64,000 nucleotides of DNA from Paraspadella gotoi (GCA_051294375.1 CM119263.1:18934628-18998627), one strand, 5' to 3'; numbered from the stretch's first letter, positions 1-13,906 are shown. The notes: generated from the sequence alone by a model not told the origin. Translations and numbers: made by a program.

Positions 1-256
1 CGGCGACTTTGCGTCGGCCGGAAACGCCGAGAGAAAAAAAAAAGAACCTAAGGACAAGATAGGGAAGTTTCCGCCCCTTCCTCTCCGCCGAATTGGAGGG
101 CGAATCCGAGGCCACAGTCGGGGCCGAATTTAAGGCTGAATCCCCAGTTGAACTTTTCAAATGGAAAGTAAACATTAGACGGAGTGCGGGAGAAGTGAGA
201 AACGTAAAAGGAGTCCGGGGGAAAGCGCGCTAAATCTGTTAAATCTCTCCTCTACG

Positions 257-330
<74 letters not shown>

Positions 331-1042
331 ACTCTCCCCTTCCATCTCGTTTTTTTCGGAAAGGTAAGAAGTTTCCTGTGTTTTGTTGACACTCAAAATG
401 CGTTACATTCGTTTTTCCCTTTTTCCCTTTTTCCCTTTACTAGTGAGAGAGAATTGAGCGACGGTGTCTAAAAGTAAAAGCGTGAGTGCAATGGTAGTGT
501 TTGATTCGTAGAATCGAAGAGATCGCGCTTTTTTTTTAAATACTAACTTAATTAAATTTTAAGGTTTCCCTTGAAATTAGGAGAATTAAAGAAATTAAAA
601 CAACGAATTTAAAAATAATCTCTTAATTTAATATATAAAAGTATTCGAGCATTGGAGTACCGTATCTGAGTATTAGAATACAAGTTACAGGTAGGGCAAT
701 AGTGCGAAGGTGATGACAGGCTAAAGGTTGTGGGTAGGTTTGGGTGGTTTAGGTGATTGACAAGTCGGTGGTCGCTCGTCTTGTCGAGTCTAGTTTCGAT
801 GAAAGGCCGCAGCGCCGCCCAGCGGGGAAAAGAGGGCGAGAGTGACGTTGACGTCGAAATTACGCTGGAATGACGAAGAGGACGACGACGTCTACGACGA
901 CGTCTACGACGACGAGGAAGTCGACGACTCAACTTGGACTCAAACGAAGATTGAGGTGACAAAATGTGAAAGAGAGAATTTCTTGTGACGACCGGGCGAC
1001 AAACTCGGGAGGGCTGGCTCACGTGAAGGCTTTCTGGGGTGA
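1..1042 (+). repeat. Direct duplicate of 11384-12422
   Basis: Near-identical sequence from cggcgactttgcgtcgg to gaaggctttctggg(g)tga at both places; differences are mostly 1-bp indels and (CT)n length. Confidence 0.95.
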
Positions 1043-1967
1043 GAGAGGATTTTGATTTTTTGTGTTAAATGAATGTTTTTTTTTTTCGCATTTCTTTGTG
1101 TTTTACTTTTATATCCACGCTGCGGAAAAACTAACAGGTAAGCTTATAATTTTAAATAACCTCAGACGCACGAACAAGTATCTATTAGTCTCAATACAAA
1201 AACAGAGGCCTTTTAGGTAACGGGTTTTACAGATGAGTAGGGAAAAGCCCGGGGGCCGGCCGCTCTTCGGCGATTGTCCTTTTTGAAGCTCGGATGTCCT
1301 CGGTATGTGTCTCCTTTTCGTTCCCTTGCCCCGAGTTCAGAAGGAAAACAGAGAAAACAAGGGAAAACAACAGTGGAACCAGAGGGACTAATTATGAAAT
1401 CGATCGTTCTTTTACCGCGCTAACAATTTCAGAGAGAAAAGTGAGAGAGAGAGTGAGTGAGAAGAGAGAGAGCGAAAACGCACTTGAGCCAGAAAGGGCA
1501 GAGAGCGAGAGACAGTGACAGGATCCCGTTTGTTTTTTCGCCTGAATTGAAAATAGCCGATTCTTTTTTTTTCTTCAGCTCGGGATTTCATAATGCATAA
1601 TTGTGCTGGTTCATTGTCCAACGACGCGAAGGAAAAAAAGGGAAACTGGCGGGGACCGGAAACGACGGCCGGTCGCGGTCGGCGTGGATAGGCGTCCGTC
1701 GGCGTTGTCGGGAATTTTCCTTCTCACAGATCTCATTAAAACAGCTGGTCGAGCGAAGAGGTTGATGTTGTTGTTGTTGGTTGCTAGTTGTTGTTATTTT
1801 TGTTTCTCATCACTGATGCTTCGATTACGCAAAGGAATGAAAGATAATTGTCATGTTTATGTACAACGTCGTTGGAATATAAAAAAAAAACGCGGATAAT
1901 GGGATTACTTTAGAGAGAGACAAAGAGAGACAAAGAGAGAAGAGAGAGGAGAGAGAAGGAGAGAGAG

Positions 1968-2027
<60 letters not shown>

Positions 2028-2070
2028 AGACAAAGAAAGAGAAAGAGCGAGCGAGCGAGCGAGCGAAGCG

Positions 2071-2108
<38 letters not shown>

Positions 2109-2156
2109 GAGAGGGGTTCCCATACAGAGCCGAGTGAACGTGATCGTGCGACTCAC

Positions 2157-2203
2157 GTAAAATAGTTCGAATACATGTTTGCGGGTCAACTTGTCGTAAA
2201 TGC
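2157..2203 (-). other. Candidate isolated internal exon (47 bp)
   Basis: Minus strand reads ttaacgcag|GCATTT...TTTTAC|gtgagt. Two frames are open (GIYDKLTRKHVFELFY or HLRQVDPQTCIRTIL). The donor is strong, the polypyrimidine tract is weak, and I recognise no homologue. Confidence 0.25.
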
Positions 2204-2309
2204 CTGCGTTAATATTCAGTTAAATTGATAATTTCCCTGCTTTTCAATAATGATATTAATATAAGTCTTATGAAATTGGTTACAAACTAACCATTGTCAT
2301 TTGATAATT

Positions 2310-2364
2310 ACACTATAAAACGTTTTGTATACGAAATGTTTCACAGGGTATCTTCAGCCAGTGT
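2310..2364 (-). ncRNA. Degenerate Penelope-type minimal type I hammerhead ribozyme-like motif
   Basis: Minus strand ACACTG-G-CTGAAGA-TAC..GTA-TA-CAAAACGTTTT-A-TAGTGT. Stem I (ACACTG/TAGTGT), the CUGANGA core and a palindromic stem III are present; the conserved GAAA reads AAAA. Confidence 0.3.
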
Positions 2365-2818
2365 GGGTAGGAAGAGGAGGGGGTCAAGGAGCTGGTGTAA
2401 CAACCACAGCAGAGGAGTTTTGAAGAGTAATGAATGACAGTCTCCTGGCGATTTGTATTCGGGAGGATAAGAGATGAAGGATTAACGAGTTCGTGAAATC
2501 ATGGGGGCGATCCATGGTAAAGAGTAATAGGCCATTTATTATTTTACTAATATGCTCTATAATATAAATGTTGGAATTATTGTAAACTTATTAAACGAAC
2601 AGACATTGTGAATTTTTTAAAACAACATTGCTTTTTTTTTTTTTTTTTTAAATTATTCTTTAAATTGTAAGGAATTGCCAATATTGATACTGGGCTATAA
2701 TCATATAGATATTCTAGGTTTGATTACGTTACTTGGTTTCGCGAAAAAGTTTCGGAACTTCAACTTTAAATCGGCTTCCGTCTTCGGTTCGTCACAAGAA
2801 CCTGCTTTTTTCCAATTA

Positions 2819-2857
<39 letters not shown>

Positions 2858-4555
2858 ACCACTCTACCTCTCATCTCTCTCTGCTTTCTCGTTTTTTTTT
2901 CCGAGGTTGCGCGACCGACATCTCCGGGGATTTATGTCTCATGCCTTCGATTCCCAAAAAGGATGACACTTCTCTCTCTCTCTCCTCTCTTTCTTTCCTC
3001 TCTCTCTCTCTCTCTCTTCCTCTCTCTCCTCCGTCTCTCTCCTTCCTCTCATCTCCTCTCTCTCTCGTCTTCATCTATTTCTGTCGCAAAAGTGGCGTGG
3101 CCGCAAGGGCACAGAAGACTGAAAGCGATGATGTTTTAAGTATGACGAGAAGAAAAGGTAAAAGACAAGGAAGACAAGGAGAACGCCGTCCTGCGTAACT
3201 GCATTAATCTATCTTTTTCAAAGGATTTTCATTGAAACCGGAAAGTTGAAAAATTTTCCGAGTTGCCACTTTGATAGTATATTGAGCAAAAGAACACGCA
3301 AAGATATAGGAATCCATTTTAAAGTTTACTTTTAAATTTTTAAATATTTATATTTGATTATTCAGAGCAGCTTGAATTTAAACATATATGGAGTTTGGCG
3401 AATATTTTTTAAATAAGTTATAAAATTAAAAAGTTTTGAGACTTGAATTTACAGGAAAATAAAATTTTCTGTTCTCAGTGAAAGCTTCGTCAAACCGTAG
3501 TCAAAAACACCATTTAGCAATTAAAATATTTATGATAATTATTAAAAACTATTGAATGTAACTAAGTAGTAAGTGAAACGAGACAAAGAATGAAAGAAAG
3601 GATCGTGTTTGAAACAAGGATAAGATGAAAAAATGGCAAGGGGTAACAAAAAAGGAAATTAAGAAAGCAAGAAGAAAGAAAGAAATAAGAAAAAAAAAAA
3701 AAAAAAATTAAATAAATAAATAAATACAATAAATAAATAGAATAAATAAATAAATAAATAAATAAATAAATATAAATAATAAATAAATAAAAAAATGAAT
3801 AAATAAAAAAAAATAAACAAATAATAAAGAAAAAAGAAAGATAGAAAGAAAAGAAAGAAAGAAAAGAAAGAAAAGAGTGGGATAAATTTGACAGAAAAAA
3901 AAACGCAATTTATATGCGCGGTTGCTTAAATGAGTAATGACGCTATTACCATGGACAGAAGAGAAACGAATAATTGACGGTTTTGCTTTTTCCTCGCCGC
4001 TAATGGTCCTCTTTCCTTTTTGAATACTTGATGTCGCAGAGAAAGAGAGGAGATGAAGAGAGAGAGAGAAGGAGAGAGAGAGAGAGAGAGAGAGGAGAGC
4101 GAGCCAGAGAGAGTAGTGAGAATGGTGACTCTCTACAACTCTCATGCAGCAGCGACAGTCATCGTTTTTAGTCGAGCACGGAGCGAGGATCGATACCAAA
4201 CACAAGTTTGGAGCAACAATGTCGTATGCTTGCCGACGATATTATCGGTAATTAATTAATTATAATTAATTAATTAATCTATATTCAAGTTATATTAATT
4301 AATTTTTTTGATCAAAATGTTTTTAGTCTTTTCTCACGAACCACGACAAAGCAATAAGGACGATGATAATATAATTCCGATAAACAGATTGACTGAGTTG
4401 ATTGATTGAATAATTAATTAATAGAATAAATAAATTGATTGATTAATTAATTAATTTGATTTATTAATTAACTGATTAATTATTTGATTAATAAATAACA
4501 TCTTAACATATTTACATTTAATATAAAAGAAAAAGAAGCATTAATCATTATTTGA

Positions 4556-4965
4556 AACAGGTTTTTTTTGTCTTTTTTCCATTTAAACTCATTTCCCACC
4601 TTCAGAGTCAAACGATTTCCATTCAGAAACCTGATTTCGCAGCCTTAATCACACCATTTCCCTACCCCATAAAAAAATGACTAAAGTCAATCGCCCATCC
4701 ACTACAAGAGTAATTGATGTTCAAATAGTAAAATATATTTTTTTGTTTTCCATTAAAACTCATTTCCACCGCACGATTCCATCGAAAACTTCATATCCAG
4801 CTAATCACACACTTCCCTACCCACACACAAAATTTCACATTCTAATCCAACCATCCAATCACGAAGCAATTATATTTTTTTTTCTAAGGTGGACAGAGGG
4901 ACGGACAGACAAACGAATGGACGGACATCACTTTTTTTGCATAATTTTTTTTCTGACATGAATAA
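4556..4965 (+). mobile_element. Helentron/DINE-1-like non-autonomous element remnant
   Basis: Two ~170-bp diverged tandem subrepeats (ttttccatt-aaactcatttcc...cctaccc at ~4575 and ~4746), followed by a (GGAC/AGAC)n tract at 4891-4927, an arrangement typical of HINE/DINE-1 elements. Confidence 0.4.
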
Positions 4966-6329
4966 AGTGAAGCCCGACAAGATTGAGGGGGCCGGACCGA
5001 ACGGACCGACGAAGGAATTAATAGAGTCGGGATCTGCTGATGAGCCAGATGCGACTTATAAAACAGGAATCGATCACGGCAAATCTCGTTATTCTTGAAA
5101 GTCAGCTCTGAGGTAAATAATGTAAACGCGATAAACGAATTACAGAAAAATAAATTTGTGTTGGCGTGAAAAGAAAAGAAATGCAATATTAAAGCAATTT
5201 TTAATCAAATTCAAGAATTCAGCTCAATCTTCCGTGGAGGAAAAAAAAAAAGCTTAAACCGCAGAACCTCAAAGAATAAGAAATTTTGGCACAAAGAGAA
5301 AAAAAAAGTGAGATAGGAAGAAAAAGACGCGAACCTCCCCCTTTCACTAAAAAGTTTTTAAAAAAAAAAAGAAAGACGCAACTCCCCCCTTCGACACAAA
5401 AAAAGAAAGGAAAAAAACCCCGCCAACCATTGTCGAGACAGAAAAGCAATATAAAGGGAATTGTTTGCTCGGCTCGCTAGAGGGCATGATATTTTTTTCT
5501 TTCTTTTTTTTTTCGACTCGACTCCCACTTACGCAACCCCCTGCCCACTTCGCGCCTCACCATCTTACTCAAACGAGGCCCGATCCACCACGCCACCACC
5601 TCCCCCCCGATCTCTTCCGAAAACTAAACGAACGGCGTCGCCGTCGCTAACGACGCGCATCCACCGCGTCCCACCTTTCGCGCCGGCGAGAAAAAGGCCC
5701 AATAAAACTCCCGTACACGTCGCGAGTCTCCTGCCGTTATTTCGATGCACTCCCCCCTCCACCCCGTCCTCTTCCTCTTTTAGGCGCAGCCACCCGGGCG
5801 CGAAAACCACCGCGACGCCAATGCTTCAACCCCAAACCAGCCGCCCGGGACGCGATCCGCGATCCGGGTTATGACAAAAGTCGGCGGGCGCTTCGGGCGC
5901 AGCGGGCGACAACAACGCCAAACATTAACTGGAGTCGGTGGAGCCGGGGTTGGAGCCGACTGGAGCCGCCGTAATAAAACTCGCATTCAATCTTTTTCTC
6001 TTTTTTTTTAAAAAGAATTTTCGCTGTAAGACGAATGAGGGAAATCGCGAGATGCATCAACCACCATTCAATATTCATTCCTTCGTTCCTCCTTCCCCCC
6101 CCCCGAGTCACCTCTCCCACCCAACACACACCGCCGTCGGCGTTTCGTGTCTATTCAAGTTGGCGATAATCAGTGTTTATGCGTTGAATGTGAGGGTTGA
6201 AAAGAAATGTTTTTTTCGTGAGTGGGGTGGAATGAAGAGGCGGGGGAGGAGTAGGGGTAAAGAGAGGGGTTAGGGGAAGAAGGAGACTGCGTTGTTAAGG
6301 CGTGGAAGAGAAAGAGAGAGAGAGACGAG

Positions 6330-6360
<31 letters not shown>

Positions 6361-7587
6361 GGGAGAAATTTCTTTTTTCCAATCGTCCTTTTTTCGAAAA
6401 ATCTTCGCTTGGCTTCCAGGCAACATTTCACACCTCATCTACGTTCTTCTCTTGTTGTTTCAATCACACCAGCTTTCCCTTTCGCCGATTACGCTCACTC
6501 TCCCCCTACAATGATCCCCATGCCCCAATCACGCTTTTTCCCCTCCCCCCCCACCAAACGCTGCTTGACCTTTTCAATCCAGAGTGATTCCCGACGAATG
6601 ACGAAGGAACAATGCTACGGCCGCTTCTTTACTCCTCCGCTTTCCCTCCTCCCTCCCACGCCTTCCTTTCTCCCTCCGCCAATTAGCTGACTCGCCCTTT
6701 GACCCCGCTTTCGTCAATATCAACCAATGACGCGAGATCAACTCTTAACGTTCTGTTTCGTTGGCCAATAATCGCTCTCTTTTTTCTCTGCCCTCACCCG
6801 TTAAGCTTCGCTTTGACTTTGCGGCATCTCGTTCACATACCCTTGCCATTCGCCGCCCTGTTTTAAAAGTCAACTTTCATAACATTCATAACATTATACT
6901 TTTTCTGTGATGTCGTGGGTCTTTACATTTCCTGTTATAACGTCTTAATAACGTAGTTATATCGTCTGATATCGCATTTGGATTTTTCTTTTTATCGCGG
7001 TTATTCGTGCTAAAAACCGAGTTGACGATTCTCTTGAGAAAGTCGTAAAAGAGCCTCTGATTAGATGGAAAGTTTTAGGCGGAAAGGATAAAAAAGTCAA
7101 AAGAAAGGATAAAAAAAGGATAAAAGAGGAAAAAAAGGGAAAAAAAAAAACGAAAGATTGCGAAAAATATCGAGTAGGTTTTATGGATCTTAAGAGAATT
7201 TTTTAACCATATTCTCTTTTAGTTAAGCTTTATGAACGGTTTTAGATAAAGTGCTTTTGTTATTTTAACACTGTCATTCTTCGATTACACCCCAGTTATT
7301 TTCCCCAAAAAAATACTGCGAAAGGTTAATTGAAACAATCTATATTCTATCGTCTAATACAACGATTCTCGATTTGAAAGAGAAACAAAAAATCTCCAAT
7401 TTTGAAATTCTATAAACTAAACGATCATAGATGCCGTGGAAAACCCCGACGAAAAGTCTGGCAGAAACTCTCGACTCGAACGCCTCTCGCCACCACCCGG
7501 AATCTCGAAAGACGCTTTTAACGATTTTGAATTATTTCAAAATTCCAAGTCGTTCCGACGAAACCCAAAACGTTTTTACGCTTCACC

Positions 7588-7688
<101 letters not shown>

Positions 7689-8122
7689 GCCTCTTTTCCT
7701 CCTATCTCTGTCAAATTGAACTCGCCTTCTTCGGCGCTCCTCTTTTTTCTTTCTTCCCTTTCTTCTTTCTTTTCTTTCCTCCTTCCTCCCTTTTCTCCTA
7801 CGCTCCTCCCCTCGATCCTCTTTCCTCCTCCCTCGATCTCTTACTACGCGAAAGGTTTAAGCAAAGTCGTAACGAAAACCGAAGAAAGGGTAAATCGGAA
7901 TAAGTGACACTGGGCTTTGGTTGAGAGGGGCGAAGTGAATAGGTTTGGAATGAGAGGGAGAAAAGTTATGTAGAAGATTTGGATGAGACGGAAGAAGTGA
8001 TAAAAGATGGATTTAGACGAGGATAGAAAAATAGAATTGAGAGAAAACGTGAAGATGAGAAGCCTGGCAGAGAAGGGAAAAGTTAGAAAAATTGGTATTA
8101 GATGGAATTGATTAAAATAGTT

Positions 8123-11005
8123 TTTAGAGTTCCCCACCTAAAAAAAACCCATAACTAAGTTCTCACTCGGTCCGGTTTCCCATTATTTCTTGTCTTAAAA
8201 TTCACTTTAAAAGCCTGTTTTGGCCAAAAAATGTTTTTGCTAATAAACCCAATAGAGCGTCAAAGTGAACTAGTACGAATGCAAAAAAAATTTGGCGAAA
8301 AATGAATATTAATTTTTAAAGAAAGAGTTTAATATCTATAACATAAAGATTTTTTCACCCATATTAGCTAAAAACACTGTAGCTTATTCTCCTAGTTTTG
8401 TCTTGTTTACATTTTAAAAAAATATCTTGGGTTATAATGGGCGTGGGCCTTAACCGGAAGTAAGGTTTTCAGCCTATAAGTGTTTTTATTGTTCTAATTT
8501 TTATAAATAGAATTTAATGCCAAAAATAAGTAACCCAATCTATTTCTCCTTAGTTAATTTTACGAAAAATTAAAAAAAATTTAATACAATGATATAAAAC
8601 CATAGGTTATTATATCTTTTATTTTGTAACTTTGTAGCCTTTCCGAAGCCTTTCGAGCTTTAATAGAACTCCCTCTAATACCAAAAGTCAATACTGATCT
8701 CCTTCCAAAATAGAAATAATAAATAATAGAAAAAAAAGTGAAAATAACGTCATACCAAAATAATTTAAAGTTTGATTCAGACATAGACCATGTGTCCGCT
8801 CGCGAGTGACACCAAAAAAAATGCGTACCATTTCTCATTAGATAAAATATTTTTTGAATTTTTTTCCTCATTCTGGTAGAAAAAGTCTGGAAGACGTTTA
8901 TTATATTTTAATTTCATAAGATTAAATTTGATATTTACTTATAGTAAAACAACTTTTCTTTAATGGTCATCCAATTTCACTCTTCAGTAAATGAATCTTT
9001 TAAAAAAAAGAAAAATCATTATAAATTAATTAATCATTAAATAATTGAGTGCCTCTCCATCCGACGCGCCGTTATACACTGCAGCGAATAAAAAAAGTTT
9101 CTACATTTCTCTCCCAATATATTTAGTTGAGCTGAAAACATTGTGTTATTTCTCTCTTTTGTTGTAATTTTGGAGAAAAACGAAAGTTTTTAATAGGACC
9201 AACAACGAAATTGCAATCACAGTAATTTGGAAGACTTCAGTCTTCCCTCTAGTGTGCAAACATGAAATTAAAAAACAGTGTTATGAGGCTCAACAAAATC
9301 TATGCCCTTATCTTATGTCTTATATTCAACAATAATTAATTTTTGTAGGAACGTTGATTTGCGCCACAACGTGAAACCATGAGCGCGTTTTTTCTGTCCT
9401 TTTCTTTCTAATTCTTTGTTGGAAACCTTTCCTCTCCCTCTCTCTCTCCTCTCTCTCTCTCTCTTCTCTTTTCTATCTCTCTCTTTCTCTTCCTCTTTTC
9501 TCCTTCTCTCGCTCTTTCCTCTCTCTCTAATGAATTCAAATTGCTTGGTATTGTTTAGAATGAAAAACTTTATGGACGAGATTCATGAATTCTTTAATTA
9601 GACAAAGCAAAGGGCAAAATCTTAGCAATCAATAAATAGCAAAAGAAAGTTAATGACAATTTATAAAACTGTTCTTCAGCTCACAACAGTCGGTCATTTC
9701 AATATTTGAAATACTCTAGTCCAACTTGGATAAACTCGAGCAAAAGCCAATGAGAGAAAGAAAAACTGCACTTGCGAGCAATGAAAAACCTTTTTAAACT
9801 TCCAATCCATACATTGTGCAAAAGTTGTTTATGATGTAATATCGAAAATTTAACAACAACGTTAAAAAAAAAAGCCTGCAAACGAATCGTAAGCATAGTG
9901 ATGGATAACATTCATCTTTGATGACATCATGAATATCTTCATTTCGGAGATATTTCAACATACAAAATCCCCAATTGCAAAAATGTCAGGAAACTTTGGG
10001 ATTAGTTCAGTCAAGTCACTTTTCAGTACCAAACAATTCGCCGAAGTGTCAAAATAAATTCCAGAACACACTTCCAAACATAGTAGTTACCTGATTGGTA
10101 TAATTTTCTCCATTCTACTAATACTTTGTTTTGTGTGGTTGTTTACACATTATCTGTTTCTGGCCGTTCACTTAACGCTTTCATTGTGTCTTTGTCGGGT
10201 CGGGGTCAAAAAAGTTCAAATGTTTAAAGAAACATTACAAATACGTACAAATTTTTAAATTAGAAAGTAAAAAACAAATTCGTTTCTGTCAGAAAAATAA
10301 TAATTTCTTAATTCAAAAAATGTGCCATAAAACCACTACAAATGAATGTTACAAACTTAATAACGGCTTTGAAAGGCCAATATGATCCCATTTAATTTAC
10401 AAAACTCACACCAATATCATTAACTCACCGAAAATAGCTTGGAAATTAATAGTTGTTAAGACATAGATTAGAATGAATATTGAATAATCGCGTTGCTATT
10501 ATGGAGAATTCATTAGATTTTGTGAACACAATTTTTGGTAACACTCTTCTTCCAGTTCAATATCATCCAATACATACCATCTTATTCCTAAACAAGCACT
10601 AAACATTTTGTTATTGTTGTATTCTAAAATTAATTTCGTCAAAATTTGACACAATTGACGTAAAACCCTCACTTCCGGTTAAGGCCACGCCCATAATCAT
10701 GAGATATTCTTTTAATCTAATATGGCAAGCTTAGAAAAATCAGCCATGCTAAGTTCCTAACAGTTAATATTGTAAAAATTTTATATTAAAGCATGTTAGA
10801 ACACTTGAATTGATGAAATTCATGTCATTTTAAACAATTTTTTTGCATCACTACTCACATGACTTTGACGCTCAATTGGGTTCATTAACCAAAACCTTTT
10901 TGCTTGTTACAGGGTTTCAAAATGAGTTTGAAGACAAAAAATAATGGGAAACCAGACCGAGTGAGAACTTTGTATATGAGTTTTATGAGGCTGGGGAACT
11001 CTAAA
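8123..11005. mobile_element. Long-TIR DNA transposon, non-autonomous or decayed (Sola- or MULE-like)
   Basis: 8123-8470 aligns by eye with the reverse complement of 10661-11005. Shared anchors: tttagagttcccca, aagttctcactcggt, gtttcccattatt, gagcgtcaaagt, atgggcgtgg..ttaaccggaagt. Termini read GAG...CTC, flanked by TTTA/TAAA. No intact transposase ORF inside. Confidence 0.8.
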
Positions 11006-11383
11006 TAGTTATAATAAGAGGGACAAAGTGATTCGAATGAGGGGAGAAAGAAGATAATTTGGGCGAAACGGAAAGAAGTGGGAAAAGATTTGGATTAAGA
11101 GTGAAGTAAAACTTCTTTTGGCTGAGAGGGAATTCGTTTTCAAAAACTCGAAAGAAAAATAGGGATGGAGTGACAATCTGCAATCTGCCATTATTTATCA
11201 GTTATTGGAGAAGCCAAAAAAAAGACTAATTTTGGATTTATGCTTTTTTTTTTTATAAAATAAATACATTTTTTTAATGTTGTTGTAGCTAAAACATTAG
11301 GTTTTAAAAACTACCATTGCTTCGCCGGTGCCAAAGCGGTTAATCGGTATTTTATTCGGCGCCAAACGTTTCGCCGAGAAAAC

Positions 11384-11642
11384 CGGCGACTTTGCGTCGG
11401 CGCGAAACGCCCGAGAGAAAAAAAAAAGAACCTAAGGACAAGATAGGGAAGTTTCCGCCCCTTCCTCTCCCCGAATTGGGGCGAATCCGAGCCACAGTCG
11501 CGGCGAATTTAAGGCTGAATCCCCAGTTGAACTTTTTCAAAATGGAAAGTAAAACATTAGACCGGAGTTGGCGGAGAAGTGCGAAAACGGTAAAAGGAGT
11601 CCGGGGGAAAGCGCGCTAATCTGTTAAATCTCTCCTCTATAC

Positions 11643-11724
<82 letters not shown>

Positions 11725-12422
11725 CATCTCGTTTTTTTCGGAAAGTAAGAAGTTTCCTGTGTTTGTTGACACTCAAAATGCGTTACATTCGTTTTTTTTT
11801 CCCTTTTTCCTTTTTCCCTTTACTAGTGAGAGAGAATTGAGCGACGGTGTCTAAAAGTAAAAGCGGGAGTGCAATGGTAGTGTTTGATTCGTAGAATCGA
11901 AGAGATCGCGCTTTTTTTTTAAATACTAACTTAAATTAAATTTTAAGGTTTCCCATGAAATTAGGAGAATTAAAGAAATTAAAACAACGAATTTAAAAAT
12001 AATCTCTTAATTTAATATATAAAAGTATTCGAGCATTGGAGTACCGTATCTGAGTATTAGAATACAAGTTACAGGTAGGGCAATAGTGCGAAGGTGATGA
12101 CAGGCTAAAGGTTGTGGGTAGGTTTGGGTGGTTTAGGTGATTGACAAGTCGGTGTCGTCCGTCTTGTCGAGTCTAGTTTCGATGAAAGGCCGCAGCGCCG
12201 CCCAGCGGGAAAAGAGGGCGGAGTGACGTTGACGTCGAAATTACGCTGGAATGACGAAGAGGACGACGACGTCTACGACGACGTCTACGACGACGAGGAA
12301 GTCGACGACTCAACTTGGACTCAAACGAAGATTGAGGTGACAAAATGTGAAAGAGAGAATTTCTTGTGACGACCGGGCGACAAACTCGGGAGGGCTGGCT
12401 CACGTGAAGGCTTTCTGGGTGA
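11384..12422 (+). repeat. Second copy of 1-1042
   Basis: Direct alignment with window start. Confidence 0.95.
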
Positions 12423-12433
12423 ATTGAGAGAGA

Positions 12434-12495
<62 letters not shown>

Positions 12496-12667
12496 AAACG
12501 CTTTTCAATCTGCTTGATTCTCATCGGACCTAAACGTCACTATCCCTTTAAAATCTTTACTCACCAAAGTCACAGAACCCCCACCTACTCNNNNNNNNNN
12601 NNNNNNNNNNNNNNNTGAGAGTGAGGAGAGAGAGAAGAGAGAGAGAGGAGGAAGAAGAGAGAGAGAG

Positions 12668-12704
<37 letters not shown>

Positions 12705-12800
12705 AAACGCTTTTCAATCTCGCTTGATTCTCATCGGGACCTAAACGTCACTATCCTTAAAAATCTTTACTCACCAAAGTCACAGAACTCCCCCTACCCC
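12423..12800 (+). repeat. Tandem duplicated ~170-bp unit across a 25-N gap
   Basis: (AG)n-aaaacgcttttcaatc...tcaccaaagtcacagaac occurs on both sides of gap 12591-12615; likely an overlap artefact. Confidence 0.9.
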
Positions 12801-13421
12801 TAGCCTCCTTCTCAAACCCCACTCCTCACACGAGAAGACTTTGTCACCATCCACGACGCGTTCGGCGTGAAACTCATCTCTAAAGCGCGAACACGTGATC
12901 CACTGTGATTTTATTCTCACGATTGGAATGAGAAAAATGTGAAGAAGGAGATATTTTGTAAGATTTGACAATCGAGACTGCGTCACGATTCCATCTGAGT
13001 TAAATTACGATTGGAATTAAGTGAGGAAAAAATTATATTCACATTAATGTCTCGAGATCACCGAACAATACACCAAGAATATTTCACATTGTCCCTAATC
13101 ATACGTCTTCTAAATCTAAATCTCCATGACCTCAAATTAAATCTCGACTGCCGAGATCGTGACCCAGAAAAGAAAAATCGGGATTGATGACGCGACACCA
13201 AAATTTCTCTTTTCGAGATAACTTATCATAATTCAACTCAGCGCTCTTATCGTCCAGCCCCTACCTTTAACTCACCTTTCTCTCCTCTTCCCTACCGACA
13301 AACTCAAATTCCCTCAACGCAAAAACCTAATTTTTTTTCCCCAACTAAAAATACTTCTCTCTCTCTCTATCTCTCTCTGTCTCTCTCTCTTTCTCTCTTT
13401 TTCTCTCTCTCTCGTTCTCTC

Positions 13422-13464
<43 letters not shown>

Positions 13465-13480
13465 GTCTCTCTTCTCTCTC
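12800..13480 (+). repeat. Block A, repeated directly at 14968-15676 and partly at 21042-21430
   Basis: ctagcctccttctcaaacccc...aaaaatactt(CT)n occurs at both full-length positions. Confidence 0.95.
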
Positions 13481-13847
13481 TTTCCCCGTTCGTCAAACAA
13501 AATTAGAAAGAGGCTTTACATCGCCGGAGATGCACTTTAGTCACTTAAGTTACATAGCGGGCGCACTCCGGATTCCTTCGGCGCGAAAATGAGAAAATGA
13601 TGGTCGTCGCTGTAATAATACAGCAACGAGGTTCGGACTCTCTCTCTCTCTCTCTCTCTTATATCTCTCTCATCTCCTCTCTCCTCTTTCTGGTCCTCTC
13701 TCTCTCTCTCTCTCTCAGCCACCGCGTGCCCGAATTAACACGGTTACAGAGTTTTCGGCACACCAGCAATGCGAGCGAGGCCGGGTTTGGAGGCGACTGA
13801 TTGATCCAAGGACTGTTCTTTTCCCTCAATCTCTCTCTTCCCCCTCC

Positions 13848-13906
<59 letters not shown>

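Noticed and set aside
726-760. GGGTAGGTTTGGGTGGTTTAGG telomere-like or G4-like run
   Set aside because: Too short and irregular to call an interstitial telomere.
841-1040. Read backwards without complementing, the sequence gives a poly-Gln-like frame
   Set aside because: Trivial consequence of (GAC)n reversing to (CAG)n; the real EGF genes show the window is in normal orientation.
5035-5070. CTGATGAG hammerhead-like core (also at ~45081 on the minus strand)
   Set aside because: No GAAA and no supporting stems.
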